A stretch of 49,167 bases of DNA from an uncultured Actinomycetes bacterium (GTDB lineage Bacteria > Actinomycetota > Actinomycetes > S36-B12): positions 1-49,167 of the forward strand of contig CAJXNV010000003.1 in NCBI GenBank assembly GCA_913057155.1, written 5' to 3'. This document shows, piece after piece, positions 1 to 9,509 of the stretch. Below the pieces are notes generated by a model. That model ran no database searches and was not told the origin of the DNA. It saw nothing but the letters and a program-made list of their open reading frames with translations. Position numbers and translations under genes: made by a program. The first letter of the stretch is position 1. Every line of letters begins with the position of its first letter.

Positions 1-1
1 G

Positions 2-70
2 GCTCCCGAGCGGACCGCCGAGCTGCGTCGCGAGGTCGACTCGTGGGTCGAAAGGCTCCTAGTCGCCTGA
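2..70 (+). CDS. 3' end of an unidentified CDS entering from the left edge
   Basis: Open frame APERTAELRREVDSWVERLLVA* ending in TGA at 68-70, with GC3-rich codons; too short to identify. Confidence 0.45.
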   Translation, partial: APERTAELRREVDSWVERLLVA

Positions 71-325
71 AGGGGACTTCTGCTCCGCCTCGAAGTCCCG
101 GAAGTTGAAGTACCAGATGTAGAAGCCAGCCACCAACGGACCGGCGATGATCAAGAAGAACGGGATGGCGCCCCCGACCCCTTGCCCGATGTACTGGAAT
201 GCCTGCCACACCAAGGCCACCGCGAGTGCGATGAAAGCCAGGCTGATGAACAGGCTTTGCGGCTTGCGCGCGCCCCAGGGTCGTCCCGGGTTGTAGTCGT
301 CTTGGATCGGTGCTCCGTCGCTCAC
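59..325 (-). CDS. small membrane protein (2 TM helices), hypothetical
   Basis: 88 aa with two hydrophobic segments; GAGCAT -10-like hexamer 6 nt before the GTG. Confidence 0.7.
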   Translation of the reverse strand: MSDGAPIQDDYNPGRPWGARKPQSLFISLAFIALAVALVWQAFQYIGQGVGGAIPFFLIIAGPLVAGFYIWYFNFRDFEAEQKSPSGD

Positions 326-370
326 GGCGTCATGCTCCCACGGAGATGCTCGTGTCGTCGCGCGGATCCA

Positions 371-1342
371 TCACGTTCCGCTGGAGAAGACCCGGGCACG
401 CAGGGCCTCGCGTCGGTTCTCGAAGCGGTCGACCTGTTGATCCATCTCCGCTAGGTAGGCCGCGAGTTCCTCCCGCGCTTGTTCTCCGGCGGGCCCGAGG
501 TCGGTTCGCTCGAACACCTTCCATTTGCGCAATACCGGCCACAGAACCTCATCTCGGTGCTGCTTGAGGTCGTAGATCCCCGCGACCGCGATCTGTACGG
601 CCTTGCGGGTGAAGCCGTCGATGCCATGGCCCGGCATCGCGAAGTCTCGGACGCTGTCCCACACGGCCTGCATGGTCGCATCGGGTGCGATGTCGAAGGC
701 GGCGGCGAGCACGTTGCGGTAGAAGACCATGTGCAGGTTCTCATCGAGCGCTATGCGCTGCAGGAGCCGCTCGGCGTCCTCATCCCCTGTCGCGGTGCCG
801 GTGTTGCGATGGCTCACCCGCGTTGCCAGTTCCTGGAAGGACACATACGCCAGGCCGGCGAGTATCCCCGGATGGATCGGTTGGAAGCCCGCCGTCATGT
901 GCACCATCCGGGCCCGCTCCAATTCGATCGGATCCACGGCCCGGGTGACGACCAGGTAATCGCGGATCGCGGTGCCGTGTCGATCCTCCTCGGCGGTCCA
1001 TCGCCCGACCCACTCGCCCCACGGCCCTTCGGATCCGAAGATGTCGGCGATCGCATGGTGGTAGCTCGGCAGGTTGTCCTCGGTGAGCAGGTTGATGATC
1101 AGGCTCGTCCTCGCCGCCTCGGAGAACTTCAACTCCTCCTCGGTCCATTCCCGACCACCGAGCGGGCCGGAGAAGTCCTCCCCCTGGCTCCACGGCACGT
1201 ACTCGTGCGGGAACCATTCCTTGGCCTGGCGCAGATGCCGGTCGAGTTCCCCGGCTACCACCGGCTCGAGTTCCCACAGCAAGCCCATGGTCTCGCCGCT
1301 GACGATCCCATCGGATGTCTGCCGTTCGTGAGTGCTGGTCAT
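371..1342 (-). CDS. desA: acyl-ACP desaturase (DesA1-like, ferritin-like di-iron)
   Basis: WFPHEYVPW, NLLTEDNLPSYH, WTAEEDRHG, FQELATRVSH, DENLH di-iron motifs; start moved to ATG 1342. Confidence 0.93.
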   Translation of the reverse strand: MTSTHERQTSDGIVSGETMGLLWELEPVVAGELDRHLRQAKEWFPHEYVPWSQGEDFSGPLGGREWTEEELKFSEAARTSLIINLLTEDNLPSYHHAIADIFGSEGPWGEWVGRWTAEEDRHGTAIRDYLVVTRAVDPIELERARMVHMTAGFQPIHPGILAGLAYVSFQELATRVSHRNTGTATGDEDAERLLQRIALDENLHMVFYRNVLAAAFDIAPDATMQAVWDSVRDFAMPGHGIDGFTRKAVQIAVAGIYDLKQHRDEVLWPVLRKWKVFERTDLGPAGEQAREELAAYLAEMDQQVDRFENRREALRARVFSSGT

Positions 1343-1463
1343 GAGGCAACTGTTGCACACCCGCGCGGGACTTTGGCCCCTGCTCGTCGCGTACCGGAGG
1401 GTCTAGCCTGGTTGCGGTGCCAGCGGCACCCGGGTGGATCGACAGGAAGGCCGGTGAGCAGCG

Positions 1464-1916
1464 ATGACCGTTCATGGTGACTCTCCCGAAGAGGTGTCCA
1501 AGGCGACCGAATACGAGGGCGGTCCGGCCGGTGATAGCGCCGACCAGGCCGAGCACTTGAGCATGGTCATGGAGGCCGAGGCGATCCACAACGCCTTGAA
1601 CGGTGGCGGCGGCGAGGGTTCGCTCGACGGCATGGACTATCCGCTCGATGACACCGAGTCCACCTTGGCCATGGAGGACGCCGAGGACTCCAGCGACGAT
1701 CCGATGCACGCCGGCGGTCTCACGCCGCGTCCGTGGGTGGGTGCCGAGGAGGCGGCCATGCACGTCGAGGACGACTTCGACCCTTCCGCGGACACCTACC
1801 TCGATGCCGAGACCGACGCCGAGCGCGCGGATCCGAACTTCGATCAGTTCGATGAGCCCGAGGAGCATCTAACCCCCGAGGACGAGACGCTCTTGGGTGT
1901 CGATCCCTACGAGTAG
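1464..1916 (+). CDS. very acidic disordered protein, DUF5709-like
   Basis: GAEEAAMHV resembles the DUF5709 signature; D/E-rich; GGAAGG SD upstream. Confidence 0.6.
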   Translation: MTVHGDSPEEVSKATEYEGGPAGDSADQAEHLSMVMEAEAIHNALNGGGGEGSLDGMDYPLDDTESTLAMEDAEDSSDDPMHAGGLTPRPWVGAEEAAMHVEDDFDPSADTYLDAETDAERADPNFDQFDEPEEHLTPEDETLLGVDPYE

Positions 1917-1972
1917 TCGGGCACCGATAGTCGGGACCCGACCGCTTACCGGGACTCGGGCTGGGATGAGGG

Positions 1973-2242
1973 CTACGAATTGGGCTTGGGCTTGCGCAGT
2001 TTGCGTGCCCCGGACTTCACGACGCCACCGAGCACCATGCCCAAGGCGAAGGATCCGACCACCAGGGCCCACACCCAGATCTGCACGTCGGCGCCGAGGA
2101 ACTTCACATCGGCCAGTTGCAGGTTCTGCACCGCGAAGACGAGCAGCACCACCGCGATGATGATCAGCACGATCCCCCGCCAGGTGATCGTGATGCCCTT
2201 CTTGGCGGGCGGGCCGGCGAGTTGTCCGGATTCCTCGGCCAT
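1973..2242 (-). CDS. LapA/DUF1049-family small membrane protein
   Basis: TM - FAVQN - TM - basic tail pattern; GGAG SD. Confidence 0.75.
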   Translation of the reverse strand: MAEESGQLAGPPAKKGITITWRGIVLIIIAVVLLVFAVQNLQLADVKFLGADVQIWVWALVVGSFALGMVLGGVVKSGARKLRKPKPNS

Positions 2243-2271
2243 GCGTACTCCCGGTGTGCTTGGGTGATGGT

Positions 2272-3105
2272 GTGAGTCCCCAGCCTAGTGACGCGGGTGC
2301 GTCGCCAACGCAGACTTTGCTCGTCGAGGTGCGCGACTTCATCGCCGAAGTACGCCTGAACCGACCCGAGACCTTGAACGCCCTCACCCCGGATATGGGT
2401 CCGGCCTACGCCGCATTGCTGCGCGAACTCGATTCCGATCCGGCCGTTCGCGGGATCCTGGTGACCGGTTCCGGACGCGGCTTCTGCTCCGGAGCCGACC
2501 TCACGACGCTCAGCGGCTCGGTCGATGACCTGCGAAGTTACGTATCCGACCAATCGCTTTCCACGCTGCCGGCCGTAGCGCTGAGTCTGGGAACTCCCGT
2601 GGCCACGGCGATCAACGGCCCGTGCGCCGGTATCGGCTTCGTGCTCGCGGTCAGCGCCGATGCACGCTTCGTGCATCCGGAAGCGACCCTGAGTACGACC
2701 TTCGCCCGGTTGGGCCTCGTGGCCGAGTACGGCATCGCCTGGCTGCTTCCCCGGCTGATCGGCCAAGCGGCGGCCACCGACCTGCTGCTCACCGGACGCA
2801 CCATCACCGGCGTCCAAGCCGAGGAGTTACGCCTCGCCCATTGCGCTGCCGATCCGGTGGCTGCCGCGCGCGAGTGGCTGACGACGATCACCCAGAACGC
2901 CTCACCGGCGTCGGTAGCGACGATGAAGCGTCAACTGCTGCAAGCCGATGCGCAGACACTCGAGCAATCCATCGATTCATCCTTGGTCGAGATGGCGGCC
3001 GCGTTCGACTCCCCCGACCTCGTGGAGGCGCTGACAGCGCGGGCGCAGAAGCGTCCGGCGAACTTCGCCGGATACCCGCCGGTTGAGTCGATAGACCAGG
3101 CTTAG
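2272..3105 (+). CDS. enoyl-CoA hydratase/isomerase family protein
   Basis: LNRPETLNAL, FCSGADL, AINGPCAG, GLVAEYG crotonase motifs; start may be GTG 2254 or 2272. Confidence 0.9.
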   Translation: MSPQPSDAGASPTQTLLVEVRDFIAEVRLNRPETLNALTPDMGPAYAALLRELDSDPAVRGILVTGSGRGFCSGADLTTLSGSVDDLRSYVSDQSLSTLPAVALSLGTPVATAINGPCAGIGFVLAVSADARFVHPEATLSTTFARLGLVAEYGIAWLLPRLIGQAAATDLLLTGRTITGVQAEELRLAHCAADPVAAAREWLTTITQNASPASVATMKRQLLQADAQTLEQSIDSSLVEMAAAFDSPDLVEALTARAQKRPANFAGYPPVESIDQA

Positions 3106-3638
3106 GTCAACAGGCCGCAGTGCGCGAGCGCCATGCGCACCAACCGGCCCTGGCCCCCGCTCATCTGCTCCTGGAATCGCTGGCTAGCCGCTTCCTGCGG
3201 GCTGACCCACACCAAGTCCAAGGACTCCTGACTGGGCTCGCAATCGCCCTCGATGACGACGACGAAGGCCAGTGAGACGGCGTGCTGCCGCGGGTCGTGG
3301 AATCCGGTCACGAACTCATCGGGGAAGTACTCCACGACCGTGAACGGCTGCGGCGATGCAGGGACTTGGGGCAGGGCCATCGGGCCGAGGTCCTTCTCCA
3401 GATGCCGCAGGAGGGCGTCGCGTACGAGTTCGCCGTAGAGGACGCGACCGGAGACGATGGCGCGGGAGATCGAACCGTCGGGCATGCCACGCAGCAGCAG
3501 TCCGATGCTCGTGACCTCACCGCGGCCGTCGGTGCGCACCGGCACGGCGTCCACGTAGACCATCGGTACCCGCTCGCGAGCGGAGTCGAGTTCGTCTTGG
3601 CTCAGCCACGAGCCGCGCACGTCCAGCATGTCGCTCAT
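3102..3638 (-). CDS. NUDIX-like hydrolase, DUF4916 family
   Basis: PMVYVDAVPVR, VSGRVLYGE, HLEKDLGP, HDPRQHAVSL motifs. Confidence 0.85.
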   Translation of the reverse strand: MSDMLDVRGSWLSQDELDSARERVPMVYVDAVPVRTDGRGEVTSIGLLLRGMPDGSISRAIVSGRVLYGELVRDALLRHLEKDLGPMALPQVPASPQPFTVVEYFPDEFVTGFHDPRQHAVSLAFVVVIEGDCEPSQESLDLVWVSPQEAASQRFQEQMSGGQGRLVRMALAHCGLLT

Positions 3639-3714
3639 GCGGCCGATTGTGGCAGGTGGTCACCTAGGGTGGTGCTCTGTCGTGCTCAAGGCACTTTCCG
3701 CCTAGCATCGCGGT

Positions 3715-4173
3715 ATGTCCGCATCGACACCGGCAAGCGACGGCACCACCCGCCCCGACGGCACCACCTACCCGGTGGCCTTGACCGAGCAGGAGTGGCG
3801 CGAACGACTCACCGACCAGGAGTACTACGTCCTGCGTGAAGCCGGGACCGAACCTCCGTGGGTCGGCGAGTACACCGACGCCAAGGCCACCGGGGTGTAC
3901 ACCTGTCGAGCTTGCGGCTACGAACTGTTCCGCAGTGACACCAAGTTCGATTCGCATTGTGGTTGGCCGAGTTTCTTCGCTCCGCTAGCCGGTGATCGGG
4001 TGCTGTACCTCGAGGATCGATCCTTGGGCCAGATCCGTACCGAGGTGCGGTGTGCGGCCTGCGGCGGGCATCTCGGCCACGTCTTCGAAGGCGAGGGCTT
4101 TCCCACCCCGACCGATCAGCGCTACTGCATCAATTCGCTATCGGTGCGGTTGGTCGAAGACTCCGGCGCCTAG
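3715..4173 (+). CDS. msrB: peptide-methionine (R)-S-oxide reductase
   Basis: GTEPPWVG, CRAC, KFDSHCGWPSF, CAACGGHLGHVF, RYCINS. Confidence 0.97.
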   Translation: MSASTPASDGTTRPDGTTYPVALTEQEWRERLTDQEYYVLREAGTEPPWVGEYTDAKATGVYTCRACGYELFRSDTKFDSHCGWPSFFAPLAGDRVLYLEDRSLGQIRTEVRCAACGGHLGHVFEGEGFPTPTDQRYCINSLSVRLVEDSGA

Positions 4174-4223
4174 TGCGGCGTGGCCAACCTTCGCTGCGGC
4201 GCTCCTCGCCGTAGCCTGCTCGG

Positions 4224-4886
4224 GTGCATACGGTTTCCGGTCCCGACACTCGCTTCGCCGAGGTAGCCGACCGGGCCGCCGCTACCGAGATCCGACCGGA
4301 GTTCGAGATCTCCGTTGCGCCGTCGCCGTCCAGGCTGGCCCCGCACGCGTGCACGTTGACGGCCTCGTCCGTCGCCGCCGACGACCAGCCCGGCTGGGAA
4401 TCGGCGTCCGGTCGCTTCGTTCTGTTGCACGATCCCGACGGGGTAGACGAATGGCACGGCTGCTACCGAGCGGTGATCTTCGCCCGCTGCGAGGTGGAGG
4501 CCGAGATGCTCGCCGACCCGCTCGTCCACGAAGTCGCGTGGAGTTGGACCCTCGAGGCGCTGGCACCGCTGCGGGCCACCCAGGCCGGCGGCACCGTCAC
4601 GGTCTCCACCGGCAATTCGTTCGGCATGATGGCCGATCGGCGCCCGGATGGACTCATCGAGGTCCGTGCCTCCTGGACGCCAGGACTCGACGATGATCCG
4701 GTGTTCAGTGCGAGCACCCCCGCCGAGACCGCGACCGGAGACGGCACCGACACCGGGTCGCAGCGAGGCGACGCCATCGATGATCACGTCCGCGCGTGGA
4801 TCGACGTCCTGGCCCGACTCTCCGGTCTGCCCCCGCTGCCACCGGGGGTACCCACGGTGACCGCCCGACGAGCCCGCGGCTCGTGA
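4224..4886 (+). CDS. DUF3000 family protein
   Basis: PSRLAPH, GRFVLLHDPDG, VAWSW, IEVRASWTP, GLPPLPPGV; usual position before rnd. Confidence 0.9.
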   Translation: MHTVSGPDTRFAEVADRAAATEIRPEFEISVAPSPSRLAPHACTLTASSVAADDQPGWESASGRFVLLHDPDGVDEWHGCYRAVIFARCEVEAEMLADPLVHEVAWSWTLEALAPLRATQAGGTVTVSTGNSFGMMADRRPDGLIEVRASWTPGLDDDPVFSASTPAETATGDGTDTGSQRGDAIDDHVRAWIDVLARLSGLPPLPPGVPTVTARRARGS

Positions 4887-6196
4887 GCGGAGCACCGGCT
4901 CAGCCGGCTCAGCCGGCTGGACACGCGGGGCCTGATAAGCACGCTGAGCCCGATAAGCACGCCGAGTCAACCGAGCCGCTTCCGGCGCTGGAGCTGTCCG
5001 ATGGTCCCTCGGAGGTCATCAGCGAACCGGCGGATCTCGATCGGTACGCCCGGGCGCTGGCTGCCGGCAGCGGACCGGTCGGGTTGGACGCCGAACGCGC
5101 CTCGGGCTACCGCTACTCCCAACGCGCGTACCTGGTCCAGATCCGCCGCGAAGGTGCCGGGACCGCGCTCATCGATCCGATCGCCTTGCCCGACCTTTCC
5201 GTCGTCAGCGCCGCCATCGGCGATGCCGAATGGATCCTGCACGCCGCCACGCAGGATCTGCCCTGTCTTGCCGAAGTGGGCATGGTGCCCACGAATCTCT
5301 TCGACACCGAACTGGCCGGCCGCCTGCTGGGCCGCGAACGGGTGAGCCTCGCAGCGCTCGTGGCAAGCGAGCTCGGCAGGCACCTTGCCAAGGGACACGG
5401 CGCGACCGATTGGTCGGTGCGCCCACTGTCACCCGAACAACTGCGTTACGCGGCGCTGGATGTGGAACCGCTCGTCGAATTGCGCGACGCCCTCGCCGCC
5501 GACCTGCAGGCCGCGGGGCGTTGGGAAGCGGCCCGGCAGGAGTTCGACCACCTGCGCGGATTCCGTCCGCGCGACAAGGGTCCGGACGAATGGCGCCGGC
5601 TGTCGGGCATGCACAAGCTCCGCAGTCCCCGGCAGTGGGGCATCGCCCGGGAGATGTGGCTGGAAAGGGACGAGATCGCGCGCGGGAAGGACATCGCTCC
5701 AGGCCGGATACTCCCGGACTCGGCCATCGTCGCCGTGGTGCGCGCACTGCCCGAATCCAAGGACGCCATGCTGTCCACCGACGGATTCCACGGCCGCGGG
5801 GCGGGCCGCTATGCCCGTTCGTGGTGGACGGCGTTCCAGCGCGGACGCGACATGCCCGAATCACAGTTGCCGGAGCGCACTGTCCGCGGAGACGGACCGC
5901 CGCCGCCTCGATCCTGGGCCGAGCGGAACCCACCCGCACACGAGCGACTCACCCGCGCGCGGGAGGCGATCGCGCAGGTCGCCGAGCGCTGGCAGGTGGC
6001 ACCGGAGATCCTGCTATCCCCCGAAATCCTCCGCCGCTTGTGCTGGGATCCCCCGGACGGATTCGAACGCGCAAGTGCAACCGACGACGACGCCATCCGC
6101 GGATTCCTGGCCGGTTCCGGCGCGCGCCCCTGGCAGATCGATACCTGCCTACCGGTCTTGCTCCAGGCCTTGGCTAAGGAAGTTACTAGCGAGTAA
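4883..6196 (+). CDS. rnd: ribonuclease D (3'-5' exonuclease + HRDC)
   Basis: DAERASGYRY, WILHAATQDL, FDTELAGRLLG, DWSVRPL, YAALDVE; GTG 4883 overlaps the upstream TGA. Confidence 0.93.
   Translation: MSGAPAQPAQPAGHAGPDKHAEPDKHAESTEPLPALELSDGPSEVISEPADLDRYARALAAGSGPVGLDAERASGYRYSQRAYLVQIRREGAGTALIDPIALPDLSVVSAAIGDAEWILHAATQDLPCLAEVGMVPTNLFDTELAGRLLGRERVSLAALVASELGRHLAKGHGATDWSVRPLSPEQLRYAALDVEPLVELRDALAADLQAAGRWEAARQEFDHLRGFRPRDKGPDEWRRLSGMHKLRSPRQWGIAREMWLERDEIARGKDIAPGRILPDSAIVAVVRALPESKDAMLSTDGFHGRGAGRYARSWWTAFQRGRDMPESQLPERTVRGDGPPPPRSWAERNPPAHERLTRAREAIAQVAERWQVAPEILLSPEILRRLCWDPPDGFERASATDDDAIRGFLAGSGARPWQIDTCLPVLLQALAKEVTSE
4895..4966 (+). repeat. in-frame tandem duplications at the RNase D N-terminus (PAQ x2, PDKHAE x2)
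   Basis: CCGGCTCAG x2 plus a partial copy at 4895-4918; 18-nt CCYGATAAGCACGCYGAG x2 at 4931-4966. Confidence 0.8.
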
Positions 6197-6197
6197 C
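6182..6197. promoter_or_regulatory. palindromic operator candidate GTTACT-N4-AGTAAC upstream of fadA-fadB
   Basis: GTTACTAGCGAGTAAC, an AT-rich dyad ending 28 nt before the thiolase ATG; overlaps the rnd TAA. Confidence 0.65.
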
Positions 6198-6225
6198 ATA
6201 ACCGGGGCCAAGGTTAGGAGCCCTC

Positions 6226-7422
6226 ATGCGCACGATCGAACCCGTCGTCTTCGTCGACGGCGCCCGTACCCCCTTCGCGCGAGCCGGAAGCCTGTATTCC
6301 GATACGCGTGCCGACGACCTCATGGTCAAGGTCATCCGAGAACTACTGCGCCGCAATCCGAACGTGCCCGCCGAACGTATCGACGACGTCGCGGTAGCCG
6401 CGGCCACCCAGACCGGTGATCAGGGCATGAACATCGGTCGTTCGGTCGCGCTCCTGGCCGGGTTGCCGGCGACAGTGCCGGGGTATTCCATCGATCGCTG
6501 GTGCGCCGGCGCGATGACGGCTGTCACGACCCTGTCGGGCGCCATCATGTCCGGTGCCTACGACCTCGCCATCGCCGGCGGGGTCGAGCACATGACCCAC
6601 CATCCGATGGGCGAGGGCATCGACCCGAATCCCCGCTACCTGGCCGAGAAGCTCGTCGACCCCGAAGCCCTGTTGATGGGTAAGACGGCCGAGAACCTGC
6701 ACGACCGCTTCCCGCACCTGACCAAGGAGCGCGCCGATGCGTTCGCGGTCGGTAGCCAGGAGAAGACCGCCAAGGCCTACGCCAACGGTCTGCTGCAGCC
6801 CGATCTCGTTCCGGTCGCGGTGCGTGACACCGAGAACGGCTGGGGCTACGTGACCGTGGACGAAGGTCCGCGCCCGGGCACATCCATGGAGGGCCTAGCC
6901 GGATTGAAGACCCCGTTCCGTCCGCACGGACGGGTGACCGCGGGCAATGCCTCCGCCCTGACCGACGGTGCCACCGGAGCGATCCTGGCCTCGGAGTCGA
7001 TCGCCCGCGAACTCGGACTCGCCCCCGCGATGCGCATGGTCGGTTTCGCCTTCGCCGGGGTCGAGCCGGAGGTGATGGGTGTCGGCCCGGTGCCGGCCAC
7101 CGAGAAGGCGCTGCGCAAAGCCGGATTGACCATCGATGACATCGACCTGTTCGAGATCAACGAGGCATTCGCGGTCCAGGTGTTGGCGTTCTTGGATCAC
7201 TTCGGCATCGACGACGCCGATCCACGGGTGAATCCGATGGGTGGCGCGATCGCCGTCGGGCATCCGCTGGCCTCGAGCGGCATCCGGCTCATGACCAACC
7301 TGGCGCGGGACTTCCAGGCCAACCCCGATGCCCGCTACGGCATCACGACCATGTGTATCGGACTGGGCATGGGCGGAACCGTGATCTGGGAGCGCGTGGA
7401 TAGCGAGGAGAGCAACCGATGA
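6226..7422 (+). CDS. fadA: 3-ketoacyl-CoA thiolase
   Basis: IDRWCAGA (catalytic Cys), NEAFA, GHPLASSG, MCIGLGMG; AGGAG SD. Confidence 0.95.
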   Translation: MRTIEPVVFVDGARTPFARAGSLYSDTRADDLMVKVIRELLRRNPNVPAERIDDVAVAAATQTGDQGMNIGRSVALLAGLPATVPGYSIDRWCAGAMTAVTTLSGAIMSGAYDLAIAGGVEHMTHHPMGEGIDPNPRYLAEKLVDPEALLMGKTAENLHDRFPHLTKERADAFAVGSQEKTAKAYANGLLQPDLVPVAVRDTENGWGYVTVDEGPRPGTSMEGLAGLKTPFRPHGRVTAGNASALTDGATGAILASESIARELGLAPAMRMVGFAFAGVEPEVMGVGPVPATEKALRKAGLTIDDIDLFEINEAFAVQVLAFLDHFGIDDADPRVNPMGGAIAVGHPLASSGIRLMTNLARDFQANPDARYGITTMCIGLGMGGTVIWERVDSEESNR

Positions 7423-9509
7423 CCGACGCCACGACCACCTTCCCCGACGAAGTCGTCACCGAGGCGCGGCTGCGCCTGGTCGAGATCCCCTCGGGGACCT
7501 TCGGGTTGATCACGGTGGACAACGGTCGAGATCACACCCGGCCGTCCACCTTCGGCCCCCGTGGCCTGGAGTCCTTGGGCAAGGCGATCGACGAGGCGAT
7601 CGCTACTCCGGGCATCGTCGGGATCGGGGTCACCGGTAAGCCGTTCATCTTCGCGGTCGGCGCCGACCTCTCCGCGATCGGTGTCGTAAGCGATCCGAGC
7701 ATCATCGATTCCTTCGCCCGACTCGGTCACGATGTGTTCCGCAAGCTCGGTGAATGCGCGGTGCCCACCTTCGCGTTCGTCAACGGTGCCGCGATGGGCG
7801 GTGGTCTGGAACTGGCGTTGCATTGTCGCTACCGCACCTTGGATTCCACCGCCGCCGGCCTGTCGCTGCCCGAGGTGTTCCTCGGCCTGGTGCCCGGGTG
7901 GGGCGGGGCCTGGTTGCTGCCGAATCTGATCGGTCCGCAACGCGCCCTCGACGTCATCATCAACAACTCGATGAACCAGAACAAGCAACTGCGACCAGCG
8001 CAGGCCCTCGACCTGGGCATCGTCGATGTGCTGTTCGAAGCGCAGGATTTCCTCGAACGATCGCTCGCCTGGGCCGACGACGTCATCGCCGGTCGCGTGC
8101 AGGTGCCCCGCGCCGAGGTCGATCGCGCTAGTTGGGATCAGATCGTCGACGGTTATCGCGCGGGAGTCGAAGCCCGGATCCACGGCGCCACCCCGGCGCC
8201 CTACCGGGCCTTGGACCTGGTCCAAGCGGCCAAGACCCGCACCCGGGACGAGGGCTTCGCAGCCGAGGACGCCGCCTTGAGCGAACTCGTGATGGGCGAT
8301 GACCTCCGAGCATCGCTGTACGCCTTCGATCTCGTGCAAAAGCGCGCGAAGCGACCGGTGGGCGTGCCGGATAAGGAGCTCGCCCGACCGGTCACCAAGG
8401 TGGGGATCGTCGGCGCGGGCCTCATGGCAAGCCAGTTGGCCATGCTGTTCATCCGCAGGCTGCAGGTTCCGGTCGTCATGAGCGACCTCGACCAAGAACG
8501 GGTGGACGCGGGTATCGCCCGGGTACACGCGGATATCGACGCGCTCGCCGCGAAGGGCCGTATCAACGCCGATAAGGCGGGGCGATTCAAAGGACTCATC
8601 CGCGGCTGCGTGGGTACGGCGGACTTCGCCGACGCGGATTTCGTCCTCGAGGCGGTGTTCGAGGATCTCGATGTCAAGAAGAAGGTGTTCGGCCAACTCG
8701 AGGAGGTGGTACGGCCCGATTGCGTCCTCGCGACCAATACGTCGTCGTTGTCGGTCAGTGCCATGGCCGCCGACCTCGCCCACCCCGAAAGGGTCGTCGG
8801 CTTCCATTTCTTCAACCCCGTAGCCGTCATGCCGCTACTGGAGATCGCGCGAGCGGATAAGACCGATGATCCCTCGCTGGCGACCGCCTTCGCGGTGGCC
8901 AAGGAGTTGAAGAAGTCCGCGGTTCTCGTCGCAGATGCACCTGCATTCGTGGTCAACCGACTGCTGATCCGGTACCTGGCGGAGATCACCAAAGCGGTCG
9001 ACGAGGGCGCGGACTTCGAGGTGGCCGACCGTGCCATGGACCCACTCGGACTTCCGATGAGCCCGTTCGCGCTACTGCAACTGGTCGGGATGGGCGTGGC
9101 CGCGCACGTCTCGGAGTCCATGCATCGCGCGTTCCCGGATCGCTACTACCTCTCCCCCAACCTGCAGCGCATGCTGGAGGCCGGAATCGACGGCGTGTGG
9201 GTGTGGAACGAAGACGGTTCGCGCAACCTCGACCCCCGACTGGCCGATGTCTACGAGCGCGGCAGCACGGCACTCGATGAGCACGAGATCCGTTCGCGGG
9301 CCCTATCGGCGCTGGCGGACGAAGCGCGGCGCATGCTCGACGAGGGTGTCGTGGCGCAGGCCCAGGACATCGACCTGTGCATGATCCTGGGCGCGGGCTG
9401 GCCCTTCTGGCTGGGCGGCTTGACGCCTTACTTGGATCGGACCGGGGTGTCCGAGGAGGTTACGAATCGACGTTTCCTGGAACCGGGGGTTGCTTCACTG
9501 CCTGCGTGA
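7419..9509 (+). CDS. fadB: multifunctional enoyl-CoA hydratase / 3-hydroxyacyl-CoA dehydrogenase
   Basis: N-terminal crotonase ([14 protein letters not shown]), GAGLMA Rossmann motif, NTSSL, HFFNPV; ATGA overlap with fadA. Confidence 0.95.
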   Translation: MTDATTTFPDEVVTEARLRLVEIPSGTFGLITVDNGRDHTRPSTFGPRGLESLGKAIDEAIATPGIVGIGVTGKPFIFAVGADLSAIGVVSDPSIIDSFARLGHDVFRKLGECAVPTFAFVNGAAMGGGLELALHCRYRTLDSTAAGLSLPEVFLGLVPGWGGAWLLPNLIGPQRALDVIINNSMNQNKQLRPAQALDLGIVDVLFEAQDFLERSLAWADDVIAGRVQVPRAEVDRASWDQIVDGYRAGVEARIHGATPAPYRALDLVQAAKTRTRDEGFAAEDAALSELVMGDDLRASLYAFDLVQKRAKRPVGVPDKELARPVTKVGIVGAGLMASQLAMLFIRRLQVPVVMSDLDQERVDAGIARVHADIDALAAKGRINADKAGRFKGLIRGCVGTADFADADFVLEAVFEDLDVKKKVFGQLEEVVRPDCVLATNTSSLSVSAMAADLAHPERVVGFHFFNPVAVMPLLEIARADKTDDPSLATAFAVAKELKKSAVLVADAPAFVVNRLLIRYLAEITKAVDEGADFEVADRAMDPLGLPMSPFALLQLVGMGVAAHVSESMHRAFPDRYYLSPNLQRMLEAGIDGVWVWNEDGSRNLDPRLADVYERGSTALDEHEIRSRALSALADEARRMLDEGVVAQAQDIDLCMILGAGWPFWLGGLTPYLDRTGVSEEVTNRRFLEPGVASLPA

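Noticed and set aside
1345-1355. GCAAC-T-GTTGC mini-palindrome before desA
   Set aside because: Only 5-bp arms and it coincides with the likely -10 region; too weak to call an operator
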